The translations under genes and the position numbers were made by a program. The notes beneath the pieces are model-generated. The model did no database searches, was not told where the DNA came from, and was given only the letters and a program-made list of their open reading frames with translations. Below, piece after piece: positions 16,467 to 25,830 of a stretch of 30,219 bases of DNA. Origin of the DNA: Deltaproteobacteria bacterium (GTDB lineage Bacteria > Myxococcota_A > Polyangia > Haliangiales > Haliangiaceae); the NCBI GenBank assembly GCA_041691735.1, contig JBEPUF010000004.1:1-30219 (forward strand). The letters are read 5' to 3'. How positions within the stretch are numbered: position 1 is the stretch's first letter; each line of letters starts with the position of its first letter.

Positions 16467-18056
16467 CTAGGCGTCATTGTCGACACTTGCCCGCCCGGCG
16501 GGAAGGGTGACGGAAAAAACTGTTTGGCCCGGCTGACTTCGCACGTCGACCACACCGCCATGATCGGTCACGATCCGGTGCACGATTGGAAGGCCGAGCC
16601 CGGTGCCTGTCTCCTTGGTCGTGTAGAACGGCTCGAACAGCGGGGCGTCGACGGCTGCGAGGCCAGGTCCGCTGTCTTCCACCTCGAGCGTGGCGGTGTC
16701 GCCTCGAGACGTCACGCGGACGAGGACGTTCCCTCCCCCTGCGGTCGCCTCGATCGCATTCCGGATCAGGTTGAGCAGGACCTGCTTGATCTTCTCATCG
16801 TCATAAGCGGCGTGGATCGGGTCGACGTTGCTCTCGCACACGAGCGTGACTCCGGCGAGTTCGGCCTCCGGCCGCAACAGCGCGATGATGGCGTTGACGG
16901 TGATCCGCAGGTCTCCTGGCGTCGTCTGTAGCGCGTGAGGGCGCCCGAAGTCGAGGAACTCGCTGACCAGCACTGCGAGTCGCTTGATGTGCGAAGCCGC
17001 CAGACCGGCCGCTTCGCGAGCACCTGCGACGTCCGGCGTCGCCCGCGCGAGCTGACGTTCTACCAGTGCGAGCTGGAGGTGGGCGGCGTTGAGTGGGTTG
17101 CGGACCTCGTGCGCGAGCCCGGCCGCCATCGTCCCGAGCGAGGCGAGCCGCTCGGCCCGGCTGGTCCGCAACGCGAGCTGTTGTTGTTCGCTGACGTCGA
17201 GCCCGATCGCGCACACGAAGGACCGTCCCGGCTCGTGGAGGATCGTGTGGTGCCAGCGAATGCGGTGCTCGCGCCCTGCGCGATCGCGGACGGTGGTCTC
17301 GACGGTCGCAGTCGCCCCGCCCGCCAGAAGCTCGGCTTCGCGGTGCGCGACGCGGTCGCCGTCCCCGCCAAACAGCTCCGCCCAGGTTCGCTCGCGCGCT
17401 CGGTCGCGCGAGACTCCGGTCAGGTCCTCGCAACTCCGGTTGAACTGTACGATCCGCCCGCCGGGTTCCCAGGTCGCAATCAACGCCTCGCTGGTCTCGA
17501 CGATCCCGTGATAGCGGGCCTCGCTCAGCTCGAGACGCTGGAGGAGCGCGTCTTTCTCGGCGCGCGCGATGGCGGTGCGTCGGTCGACGAGCGTGTCGGC
17601 ATAGCTCTCCAGCATGACCGCCAGCTCGAGGTCGAGGATCTTGTCGACCGCGATGGCGATCCGGCGCTGTGGCCCCGCCCCTGCGATCGCATCGTGCGCG
17701 ATCTGCAACAGCGACAGACGGACGAGGCTCATCGCCCCGAACATGTAGCGCTGGGGCAACGCGATCCGGACGTGGGCTCGACCGATCTCTGCGCGATGTT
17801 GATAGTACCGCTCGTCCCAAGGTCCCGTGAGCAGGAGGCGCAGCCAGTCTCGGAGCGTCCGCTTGAGGCGCGCGCGCTGTGCGTCGTCCGCCAGGACCCG
17901 CCGCGCCTCCTCGTGCTGGTCGAGCCGTCGATAGAACTCGTCGGCGATGGACGCGAAGCGCGGCGCGGCGTGCGGGGCCAGCGTTCGCAACGCTTCCTCA
18001 TCCTCCGCACCGAAGGCGACATAGCGTCGCATCTCTTCGAAGAAGCTCTCCGCCAC
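16467..18056 (-). CDS. Globin-coupled sensor histidine kinase (globin-PAS-HisKA-HATPase)
   Basis: FFEEMRRYVAF...IADEFY...GPWDERYY...IGRAHVRIALPQRYMFGAM closely resembles the Anaeromyxobacter GcHK globin. A PAS-like middle region is followed by AHEVRNPL, NLIRNAIEA, DSGPG, EPFYTTK and GTGLGL. GTG 18056 start is inferred. Confidence 0.9.
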   Translation of the reverse strand: MAESFFEEMRRYVAFGAEDEEALRTLAPHAAPRFASIADEFYRRLDQHEEARRVLADDAQRARLKRTLRDWLRLLLTGPWDERYYQHRAEIGRAHVRIALPQRYMFGAMSLVRLSLLQIAHDAIAGAGPQRRIAIAVDKILDLELAVMLESYADTLVDRRTAIARAEKDALLQRLELSEARYHGIVETSEALIATWEPGGRIVQFNRSCEDLTGVSRDRARERTWAELFGGDGDRVAHREAELLAGGATATVETTVRDRAGREHRIRWHHTILHEPGRSFVCAIGLDVSEQQQLALRTSRAERLASLGTMAAGLAHEVRNPLNAAHLQLALVERQLARATPDVAGAREAAGLAASHIKRLAVLVSEFLDFGRPHALQTTPGDLRITVNAIIALLRPEAELAGVTLVCESNVDPIHAAYDDEKIKQVLLNLIRNAIEATAGGGNVLVRVTSRGDTATLEVEDSGPGLAAVDAPLFEPFYTTKETGTGLGLPIVHRIVTDHGGVVDVRSQPGQTVFSVTLPAGRASVDNDA

Positions 18057-18075
18057 GCCGCACCCTAGCACGCGG

Positions 18076-19206
18076 TCAGACGACGAACCCGTCGAGCCTC
18101 GCGACCCATCGCGCGACGTCGAGCGCCGTGATGATGCCCACGACCTCACCGTCATCGTCCACGATCGGCACCCGGTGGACCCCTTCGCAGGCCATCAAGG
18201 CGGCGGCCCTGGCGACGGTGGCGTCCGCTGGCAACGCGAAGGTCACGGGTGTCATGAGGTCCGCGGCGGTGACCGCGACGCGATCGTCGATGCGCTCCTG
18301 CGACCGGTCGTAGAAGTGCTGGAGCAGGTCCGTCTTCGAGACGACGCCGAGCGGACGACCATCGACGTCGATCACCGGGGCGCCGCTCATCCGATGTTCC
18401 AGGAGGAACTCGGTCACCGAGCTCGCACGGACATCGGCACGCACGCAGTACGGGGTGACGGTCATGATATCGGTGATCCGATCGGTGTCGAGCGATCGTC
18501 GCGCATCGAAGGCCATCGTCAGAACCTCGCCTGCGGCGTGCGTCGGCACGCTGAAACGGAAGACGCTACCGAGACCGAGATCGCTCTCGACCCATAGTCG
18601 GCCGCCGTGCGCGGCCACGATCTTCTGCGCGATGTAGAGACCGAGACCGCTGCCGCCGGTGCGTCGGGTCGCGCCCCCTTGCCAGTAACGATCGAAGACA
18701 TGGGGCAAGCCGTCCTCCGCGATGCCGGGGCCGTTGTCCTCCACGGCAAAGATGACCTCGTCGTCGCGCACCTGTGCCCGTAGGACCACCCGTCCACCCG
18801 CGGGCGTGAACTTGACCGCGTTGCCGACGAGGTTGCCGAACACCTGGAGGAGTCGCGAGCGGTCGGCGACCACGGCTCCATCGGTCGGCACCACTTCCAG
18901 GCTCAGCGACTTCGCCCGTGCCGCCGGTTCCATGAGCTCACGGATCTCCTCGAGCACGGAGTTGATCCGAAGCCGCTCGAGATCGAGCGTCAGTCGGCCG
19001 TCCACGATCCGCTGCGCATCGAGAAGGTCCTCGATGAGGATCTGCATCCGCTGTGCGGCCCGCTTGATGGCGCTCAGGGTCTTCTCGTCGCGCCCGCCTT
19101 CGAGGAGGCCGACCCCGAGGAGGATCGCACTGAGTGGGCTCCTCAGATCGTGCGCGACCATCGCCAGCACCTCGGCAGGGATTCCCATGTGCTCGATTTC
19201 CTTCAT
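18076..19206 (-). CDS. Sensor-less histidine kinase (HisKA-HATPase) in frame with a C-terminal CBS pair
   Basis: AHDLRSPL, NLVGNAVKFT, DNGPGI and GGSGLGL, then ITDIMT...SGAPVIDVDGRPLGVVSKTDLL...ADLMT...HRVPIVDDDGEVVGIITALDV. Confidence 0.85.
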   Translation of the reverse strand: MKEIEHMGIPAEVLAMVAHDLRSPLSAILLGVGLLEGGRDEKTLSAIKRAAQRMQILIEDLLDAQRIVDGRLTLDLERLRINSVLEEIRELMEPAARAKSLSLEVVPTDGAVVADRSRLLQVFGNLVGNAVKFTPAGGRVVLRAQVRDDEVIFAVEDNGPGIAEDGLPHVFDRYWQGGATRRTGGSGLGLYIAQKIVAAHGGRLWVESDLGLGSVFRFSVPTHAAGEVLTMAFDARRSLDTDRITDIMTVTPYCVRADVRASSVTEFLLEHRMSGAPVIDVDGRPLGVVSKTDLLQHFYDRSQERIDDRVAVTAADLMTPVTFALPADATVARAAALMACEGVHRVPIVDDDGEVVGIITALDVARWVARLDGFVV

Positions 19207-19235
19207 CGTGATTGCTCGCCTCCCTCGGCAGGCTC

Positions 19236-19251
19236 AGCAAACGGCGTTCCA
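19236..19251 (-). promoter_or_regulatory. sigma54 promoter for the kinase-CBS / globin kinase / NtrC operon
   Basis: Minus strand reads TGGAACGCCGTTTGCT. Confidence 0.7.
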
Positions 19252-19291
19252 TCGACAGCTCGCCTGCAACGCGACCGCTCCTTGCGGCTAC

Positions 19292-19338
19292 CGCGAACAA
19301 TTTTCGCGTGACTCGAATCGACCGGAAAGTTGTTCGCA
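19292..19338. promoter_or_regulatory. Pair of 17-bp candidate activator sites
   Basis: CGCGAACAATTTTCGCG (19292-308) and TGCGAACAACTTTCCGG (reverse complement of 19322-38), centres 30 bp apart as at 13524-70. Confidence 0.6.
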
Positions 19339-19351
19339 TGTGCGTCGAGGG

Positions 19352-19711
19352 TCAGCGCGACGAATGACCAAGCGTGAGCAGCACGGCGCAATCCGAGACT
19401 GCCTCGACGTCGTGCTGGATGCCGGGCTCCAGCACGAGCAGGCGACCGGCCGGTAGATCGACCGTGCGGTCTCGCAGCCGGAGGCGTGCGTCGCCACCGA
19501 TGGTGTGGATCGAGGCGTTCACGCTTGCACGATGCTCCGCAATTCGACTACCCGCCTTCATCACGATGAGCACCACGCGCAGATCGGCCTCGCGCACCAG
19601 CGTACGCGCCGAGTGCCCATCGCGTGCGTAGGCCTCCTCGAGCCGGACCTCACGCTCGATCGCTGCAAGGTCGAGCTCGACCCCATGTTCGGTGGACGGT
19701 GGCTTGTGCAT
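19352..19711 (-). CDS. Cupin-domain protein (paralogue of 3420..3824)
   Basis: [36 protein letters not shown]...[23 protein letters not shown]. Confidence 0.88.
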   Translation of the reverse strand: MHKPPSTEHGVELDLAAIEREVRLEEAYARDGHSARTLVREADLRVVLIVMKAGSRIAEHRASVNASIHTIGGDARLRLRDRTVDLPAGRLLVLEPGIQHDVEAVSDCAVLLTLGHSSR

Positions 19712-19788
19712 CTTGGGTTCCTCGAGGGGTAGGGATAGCTTGACGAGCCGCTCGTCGAGCGTGGTCACGCTGCTCCACCTTGCCGCGA

Positions 19789-19804
19789 TGCAAGGTTGCC
19801 GCCA
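19789..19804 (-). promoter_or_regulatory. sigma54 promoter for cupin gene
   Basis: Minus strand reads TGGCGGCAACCTTGCA. Confidence 0.6.
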
Positions 19805-19831
19805 TCTCGTCTCAAGGCACCGAGCTCCCGT

Positions 19832-19847
19832 TGGCCTGTCGCTTGCT
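19832..19847 (+). promoter_or_regulatory. sigma54 promoter for acnA
   Basis: TGGCCTGTCGCTTGCT with GG-N10-GC spacing. Confidence 0.6.
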
Positions 19848-19859
19848 CCACGACACGAG

Positions 19860-22673
19860 GTGATCGATCTACGACAGTCCCTGGAGCTCTCGTCCGGAAC
19901 GCGCTCCATCCACTCGCTCGCCCGGCTCGAGCAGGCGGGCCTGGCGAAGCTCGCGCGACTTCCGGTGAGCATCCGGATCCTCCTGGAGTCGGTGGCGCGC
20001 AACCTCGATGGCCACCGCGTTCGCGAAGAAGATCTCGAGGCGCTCGCCGGATGGCAGCCGAACGCCGCCCGGATCGCCGAGGTCCCATTCGTCGTCGGGC
20101 GCGTCTTGCTCCAGGACTTCACCGGCGTACCGCTGCTCGTCGACCTCGCTGCGATGCGCTCGGCGGTCGCCAAGCGCGGCGGCAACATCGCACGGGTGCA
20201 ACCATCGGTCCCGGTCGACCTGGTGATCGATCACTCGGTCCAGGTCGACTATTTCGGTCGAAGCGACGCGCTGCGCCTGAACATGGAAACGGAGCTCCGC
20301 CGCAACGACGAGCGCTACCGCTTCCTCAAGTGGGGCGCGCAGGCGTTCGACGACCTGCGGATCGTGCCTCCCGGGTTCGGCATCTGTCACCAGGTGAACC
20401 TCGAGTTCCTCGCCCGCGGCGTCAACGATCGGGACGGCGTGCTGTCCCCCGATACGCTGGTCGGCACCGATTCGCACACGACGATGATCAACGGGCTCGG
20501 CGTCGTCGGCTGGGGGGTGGGCGGCATCGAGGCGGAGGCCGCGATGCTCGGCCAGCCGGTCTACCTGCTGTTGCCCGACGTCGTCGGCGTGCATCTCCAC
20601 GGTCGGCTGCCCGAAGGTGCGACGGCGACGGATCTCGTCCTGCGGATCACGGAGCTCCTGCGGCATGCCCAGGTCGTCGGCAAGTTCGTCGAGTTTCACG
20701 GCGAGGGAGCCGCCGGCCTCTCGGTGCCCGATCGTGCGACCCTCGCGAACATGGCGCCGGAGTACGGCGCAACGATCGGGTTCTTTCCGGTCGACGAGCA
20801 GACCTGTCGATATCTCGAGATGACCGGCCGGGACGACGCCCACGTCGACACCGTGCGCCGCTACTTCCAGGCGCAAGGCCTGTTCGGCATGCCGGCGCGC
20901 GACCAGTGCGACTACACGACCGTGATCGACCTCGATCTCGCCTCGGTCGAGCCATCGGTCGCCGGCCCCAAGCGGCCTCAGGATCGGATCGCGCTCGGCC
21001 GGCTGAAAGATCGGTTCGGCGCGCTCCTCACGGACGCCAATGGGTACGGAAAGTTGCCGGCCGAGGTCGCGCGGCAGATCGAGGTGCGGCTGGGCGCCGG
21101 ACAGACGCCGCGGCCGGGTGGTGGCACGCAGTCGGATGCGCGGCTCCCAGACGAACGCGCGAACGACACCAACCCGATCACCGAGGCCGAGATGTTGAAC
21201 AACCGGCCGACCCCGAACCGGATCGAGGCCACGCCCTCACACGGCGTGACGACCTCGCTCGCGCACGGCGACGTCGTGATCGCGGCCATCACCTCGTGCA
21301 CGAACACGTCGAATCCAGCGGTGATGCTGGCCGCCGGGCTCTTGGCCAGAGAGGCGGTCGCTCGCGGGCTCCGCGTTCCGCCGTGGGTGAAGACCTCGCT
21401 CGCGCCCGGGTCACGGGTCGTGAGCGAGTATCTGACCCGGACCGGGCTGCAGTCGTACCTGGATCGGCTTGGCTTCCAGGTCGTGGGATTTGGGTGCACC
21501 ACGTGCATCGGCAACTCGGGGCCCCTCGATCGCGAGCTCGAGGAGGTCATCACGACGAACGATCTCGTCTGCGCCAGCGTGCTCTCGGGCAACCGCAACT
21601 TCGAGGCGCGCATCCACCAGAGCGTGAAGGCGAACTTCCTGATGAGCCCGCCGCTGGTGGTGGCATTCGCGATCGCGGGACGCGTCGACATCGATCTCAC
21701 GCGCGAGCCGCTCGGGGTCGTCAATGGACACGACGTCTACCTGCGCGACATCTGGCCGACGATGCAGGCGATCCAGGCCGTCCTCGCCGCGGCCGTCGAT
21801 CCCCTCGAATACCGGCGCGTCTACGCCGGCTTCGCCGACCAGAACCCGCTCTGGAACCAGATCCCCGCGGCCAGGGGGGACCTCTTTGCGTGGGACCCCG
21901 CATCCCTCTACATCCGCGAACCACCGTACTTCGCGCCCTCGATGGCGATGACCGGGTTTGCCGGCCTTCGCGCCGCGCGCGCGCTCGCGGTCTTCGGTGA
22001 TTCGATCACGACCGACCACATCAGCCCGGCCGGCGAGATCAAGGCGACGTCACCCGCCGGCAACTACCTGCACGATCACGGCGTCGCCGCGTCGGATTTC
22101 AACAGCTACGGCGCGCGTCGCGGCAACCACGAGGTCATGGTCCGCGGGACGTTCGCCAACGTCCGGATCCGGAATCTGATGGTGCCGGGCGTGGAGGGGA
22201 GCGTCACCTTGCACCTGCCGGACGGCGAGCGGATGGGGATCTACGAGGCGGCGGAGCGCTACCGCGCCGAGCGCGTGCCGCTGGTCGTGATCGCGGGGCA
22301 GGACTACGGAGGTGGCAGCTCGCGAGACTGGGCCGCCAAGGGCACGCGGCTGCTCGGCGTGCGCGCCGTCATCGCGCGCGGCTTCGAGCGGATCCATCGA
22401 TCGAACCTGGTCGGCATGGGCGTCCTGCCGTGCCAGCTGCCGGGCGGCGTGAGCGCGGAGTCCCTGGGGCTCGACGGCTCCGAACGCTTCGATCTCGATC
22501 TCGACGGCGAGCTCCGTCCGATGGGCACTGCCATCCTCCACATCGAGCGTCAAGATGGCCGGCGGGACCAGGTCTCGCTCGCGGTCCGGATCGACACACC
22601 GATCGAGGTCGCGCATTTCTCCGCCGGCGGCATCATGCCCTACGTGCTCGAGCAGATCCTCGCGCGGGCGTGA
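19860..22673 (+). CDS. acnA: Aconitate hydratase A
   Basis: [68 protein letters not shown] and [12 protein letters not shown] 19860 start is inferred from typical AcnA N-termini. Confidence 0.96.
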   Translation: MIDLRQSLELSSGTRSIHSLARLEQAGLAKLARLPVSIRILLESVARNLDGHRVREEDLEALAGWQPNAARIAEVPFVVGRVLLQDFTGVPLLVDLAAMRSAVAKRGGNIARVQPSVPVDLVIDHSVQVDYFGRSDALRLNMETELRRNDERYRFLKWGAQAFDDLRIVPPGFGICHQVNLEFLARGVNDRDGVLSPDTLVGTDSHTTMINGLGVVGWGVGGIEAEAAMLGQPVYLLLPDVVGVHLHGRLPEGATATDLVLRITELLRHAQVVGKFVEFHGEGAAGLSVPDRATLANMAPEYGATIGFFPVDEQTCRYLEMTGRDDAHVDTVRRYFQAQGLFGMPARDQCDYTTVIDLDLASVEPSVAGPKRPQDRIALGRLKDRFGALLTDANGYGKLPAEVARQIEVRLGAGQTPRPGGGTQSDARLPDERANDTNPITEAEMLNNRPTPNRIEATPSHGVTTSLAHGDVVIAAITSCTNTSNPAVMLAAGLLAREAVARGLRVPPWVKTSLAPGSRVVSEYLTRTGLQSYLDRLGFQVVGFGCTTCIGNSGPLDRELEEVITTNDLVCASVLSGNRNFEARIHQSVKANFLMSPPLVVAFAIAGRVDIDLTREPLGVVNGHDVYLRDIWPTMQAIQAVLAAAVDPLEYRRVYAGFADQNPLWNQIPAARGDLFAWDPASLYIREPPYFAPSMAMTGFAGLRAARALAVFGDSITTDHISPAGEIKATSPAGNYLHDHGVAASDFNSYGARRGNHEVMVRGTFANVRIRNLMVPGVEGSVTLHLPDGERMGIYEAAERYRAERVPLVVIAGQDYGGGSSRDWAAKGTRLLGVRAVIARGFERIHRSNLVGMGVLPCQLPGGVSAESLGLDGSERFDLDLDGELRPMGTAILHIERQDGRRDQVSLAVRIDTPIEVAHFSAGGIMPYVLEQILARA

Positions 22674-22679
22674 CCGATC

Positions 22680-24161
22680 GTGACGCGTGTGGATCAAGGC
22701 AAGGACTGGAAGGGCGCCCGGCTCTACACGATCGGGCACTCGTCGCGCACGCTCGACGAGCTGGTCGCGATCCTTCGCTCCTTCGACGTCACGGTGCTGG
22801 CCGACATCCGCACGATCCCGCGTTCGCGACACAACCCGCAGTTCAACGGCGACGCGCTTCGAGCGGCGTTGCGCTCGCGTCGGATCCGGTACGTCCACCT
22901 TCCGGAACTGGGCGGCCTCCGACATGCGCGCAAGGACTCGCCGAACACCGCCTGGCGCAACGCGAGCTTCCGAGGCTACGCCGACTACATGTCGACCGCG
23001 GACTTCACGACCGGGCTTGCAGCGCTCGGCGCCCTGACCGAAAAGGGCAACGTCGTGATGATGTGCGCCGAGGCCGTGCCCTGGCGCTGTCATCGGTCGC
23101 TCGTCGCCGATGCGTTGACCGTGCGCGGCGCCCAGATCGAGCACATCATGGACGCTGCGCGCGCGCGCCCTCACCGCTTGACTCCCTTCGCCAAGGTGAC
23201 GGGCACCCGCGTGACCTATCCCGCCGAGGTCAGCGACGAGGCGGGCGCCACACGCCTGGTTACTCGGGCGCCGTTTCACCTCGAAGCGACCGTCCGCGTG
23301 TTGCAGCGGCGACCGACGAACCTGGTCGAGCGCTGGGAACGAGATCGGTACATCCGCGTGCTCGCGACACCCGGAGGTCTTGCGCTGGCGGAGGTGGAGA
23401 ATCGCGGGACGATCGATGCCCCGGACGTTCGGCTCACGGTCCGGCACGGCAAGGCCTCCGGGGTCGAACAGGTCCTGCGCACGAGCCTCGGTCTGGACGT
23501 GGACCCGAGGCCGCTGCGGCGCCTGGCCGAGGCCGAGCCCAGGCTCCGCCCCACCGCCATCGCGCTGCGCGGCATGCGACCGCCGCGGTTCACCGACCTG
23601 TTCGAGACCTTCGCGAACGTGGTGCCCTTTCAGCAGGTGAGCCTCGACGCCGGGATCGCGATCGTGGGCCGTATGGTCGAGCGCTTCGGCGAGCACGTCG
23701 AATACGACGACCGCCGGTTCCACGCGTTCCCGACCGCCGCTGCCATCGCGGATGCCCGCGTCGAGACGCTTCGAGCGTGTGGCTTGAGCCTTCGCAAGGC
23801 GCACGCGCTCCGTCAGGTGGCTCGAACGATCGCGTCGGGCGATCTGACGGCAGCGACGCTCTCCAGCCTGAGCACGAAGGATGCGCTCGTGACGCTGACG
23901 GAGCTGGTGGGCATCGGGCCGTGGAGCGCAGCACTGGTGCTGCTGCGTGGGCTCGGCCGCCTCGACGTGTTCCCGCCGGGTGACGTCGGCGCCGCGCGCG
24001 GGCTCGGTGCCGTGATGCACCTCCCGCCCGGAGCTCTCGCCTTCCAGCAGGTACTCGACCGCTTTGGTGATCGCCGCGGTTACCTCTACTTCTGCGCGCT
24101 CGGCGGCGCGCTGCTCGCCAGGGGGCTCATTCACGCAGCTCCGCAGCATCGGACGTCTTGA
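22680..24161 (+). CDS. DUF488 domain fused to AlkA-type DNA-3-methyladenine glycosylase (HhH-GPD)
   Basis: N-terminus: TIGHSSR...LADIRTIPRSRHNPQFN...ELGG.R...MCAEAVPWRCHRSLVAD. C-terminus: PFHL...QQVSL...FPT...GLSLRKA...L..LVGIGPWSA..VLLRGLGRLDVFPPGDVG. Confidence 0.9.
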   Translation: MTRVDQGKDWKGARLYTIGHSSRTLDELVAILRSFDVTVLADIRTIPRSRHNPQFNGDALRAALRSRRIRYVHLPELGGLRHARKDSPNTAWRNASFRGYADYMSTADFTTGLAALGALTEKGNVVMMCAEAVPWRCHRSLVADALTVRGAQIEHIMDAARARPHRLTPFAKVTGTRVTYPAEVSDEAGATRLVTRAPFHLEATVRVLQRRPTNLVERWERDRYIRVLATPGGLALAEVENRGTIDAPDVRLTVRHGKASGVEQVLRTSLGLDVDPRPLRRLAEAEPRLRPTAIALRGMRPPRFTDLFETFANVVPFQQVSLDAGIAIVGRMVERFGEHVEYDDRRFHAFPTAAAIADARVETLRACGLSLRKAHALRQVARTIASGDLTAATLSSLSTKDALVTLTELVGIGPWSAALVLLRGLGRLDVFPPGDVGAARGLGAVMHLPPGALAFQQVLDRFGDRRGYLYFCALGGALLARGLIHAAPQHRTS

Positions 24162-24519
24162 ATACAGCTCGCTCGACCCGAACTGGTCGAGCGGCGAAGG
24201 GAGCACCCACAGATGCTTCGAAGGCTGCTTGATACTGTCCGCGGGCTAAGACGTAGCGGGACCGCGAGTCCGTGGCGATCGCCCAAGAGATCGAGGCACA
24301 GCTTCAGCAGGCGATCGAATGCCGTGCACAGCATGCCGCAGTGGCTCGTGCGCTCATGGCGGACCCACTGGCACCGGCACGCGCTGACCGTGTGCCTCGG
24401 CGTCGTGCGCCTGCTGGGCGTCGAACTGGTTGCCCGCGCCGCCCTTGAGAACTTCCGACCCGCTACCTAACCCGCCACCGTATCGAGCACCGGATCTGCT
24501 CGCGACTTCTCCGCCACCC

Positions 24520-24563
24520 CAAACAGAACGCCCCCTATTCCTCGTCGAGGAACATGGGGCGTT
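24520..24563 (-). terminator. Probable intrinsic terminator of the sigma/IrrE operon
   Basis: Hairpin 24527-24563 with 15 of 17 stem positions paired and a 3-nt loop. On the minus strand it ends ...GGCGTT followed by CTGTTT, ~58 nt past the peptidase stop. Confidence 0.55.
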
Positions 24564-24620
24564 GGCAGCCGGACTTGGTGCGTTACCGGCTACCGGACTT
24601 CCCCGCGTCGCGAGGCTGCG

Positions 24621-25433
24621 TCACCACATGCCCAGGCGCCGCCCGGCCTGCTCTGGAGCCCAAAGCAACGAGAGCACGTGTCGATGCTCGGGCAGCACCG
24701 CCGAGTGCTCCACGATCTCGATGTCCTCCCTCTTGGTCTTGATCCAGGTCGAGGCCGGCACCGGCTGCGCACGATCGTCGAGGCCGCCGTTCGCGAAGTA
24801 GTCCCACGCGACGCTGCACGGCTCCACGCGCTTCCCCGCCGGGATGTCGCGCGTGAAGGTCGCACTCCGCACGGCCTTCTGCACGAACCCGCGCGACGAC
24901 CGCACGACGGCGCACCGCTCGCTCGTCAACTCGACGAACCGAACCGCGGCGCGCGGAAGGCTCACCTTGAACTCCTGCGCGAGCGCGCGCGGGATGTCCA
25001 GGCTGACGGGCGACACCTCGCAGCGAGCGCGCAGGAGGCGGTCCGGCATCAGCAACGCGTCAGCGAACGCGTCGGCCTCCTCCTCGTGGTTGGGTTCGTC
25101 GACGCACGCCAGCGCGCGAGCGGGCGACGCGGCGCAGAGCGTCGACGCTGGCCGGCTCGGATGGTCGAGGCCGAAGTGGCCCAGTTCGTGCGCGACGGTC
25201 CAGCGGCGGAGCGCACGGTCCGTGACGCGCTCGGGCACCAAGATCATCGAGCGATGAGCGTTGCGCGCGAACTGGCCCGCCGCGCCCTCGAGCGGCGCCA
25301 CGGCGATCCTGACCCCATACGACCGCGCGATCTTCTCGACCTGGATGTCGCACGCCGACGAGATGCCGAACCGCTGGACGATCTTTCTCGCCGCGGTCTC
25401 GGCTGCGCGCTTGCGCAAGATGCGATCGGTCAC
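24621..25433 (-). CDS. IrrE/ImmA (CapP-like) Zn metallopeptidase
   Basis: RWTVAHELGH (HExxH), EEEADAFADALLMP and LAQEFKVSL..AAVRFVEL, then a GAF-like C-terminal region. GGAGG RBS and a GTGA overlap with the upstream stop. Confidence 0.9.
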   Translation of the reverse strand: MTDRILRKRAAETAARKIVQRFGISSACDIQVEKIARSYGVRIAVAPLEGAAGQFARNAHRSMILVPERVTDRALRRWTVAHELGHFGLDHPSRPASTLCAASPARALACVDEPNHEEEADAFADALLMPDRLLRARCEVSPVSLDIPRALAQEFKVSLPRAAVRFVELTSERCAVVRSSRGFVQKAVRSATFTRDIPAGKRVEPCSVAWDYFANGGLDDRAQPVPASTWIKTKREDIEIVEHSAVLPEHRHVLSLLWAPEQAGRRLGMW

Positions 25434-25819
25434 GACGCCTCCTCGTCGTGGAGCGGATACTCCAACATCTGCACGAGGCGACGCAGATCGTTGTCGCTGA
25501 GACCCGACAGCTCCTGGTGCGCGTACCGCACCGCGCCCGGGTTGGTCTCGGCGATGGCGACGATGCGCGCGAGCAAGGCATCCCGCGTCCACAGCAAGAG
25601 CTTGGCCGGCAGCGCGCCGAGCGACATCGGCTCCGGCGTCGTCATCTCGTCGAGGTATCGCGCGCGCCGGGTCGCGGCGGTCATGGCGCGGACGGCTGCC
25701 AGGATGTCGCGCTCCTGGCGACGCTCCGCACGCGTGCTCACGCTGTCGGCTTCGGAAAGCGCCACTTCGTGAAATAGCAGGTCCAGCGCGTCGAGATCGT
25801 TTCGGGTGGTCATGGTCAT
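25430..25819 (-). CDS. Hypothetical helical protein (candidate anti-sigma / protease substrate)
   Basis: AGGAG RBS 6 nt before ATG 25819. Coupled on both sides. C-terminus YAHQELSGLSDNDLRRLVQML. Confidence 0.75.
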   Translation of the reverse strand: MTMTTRNDLDALDLLFHEVALSEADSVSTRAERRQERDILAAVRAMTAATRRARYLDEMTTPEPMSLGALPAKLLLWTRDALLARIVAIAETNPGAVRYAHQELSGLSDNDLRRLVQMLEYPLHDEEAS

Positions 25820-25830
25820 GGCTCTCTCCT

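Noticed and set aside
21040-21260. Long insertion in AcnA before the [10 protein letters not shown] motif
   Set aside because: Variable insertions at this position, including a similar EMxNNRPTP segment, are known to me from other AcnA proteins, so it is not novel.
24162-24520. Short ORF fragments (MAIAQEIEAQLQQAIECR... from 24272; ...VVRLLGVELVAR...) that might be a decayed HTH/antitoxin gene
   Set aside because: Under 60 aa, no RBS, needs an assumed frameshift, and the similarity is too weak. At most it marks the boundary between the two modules.
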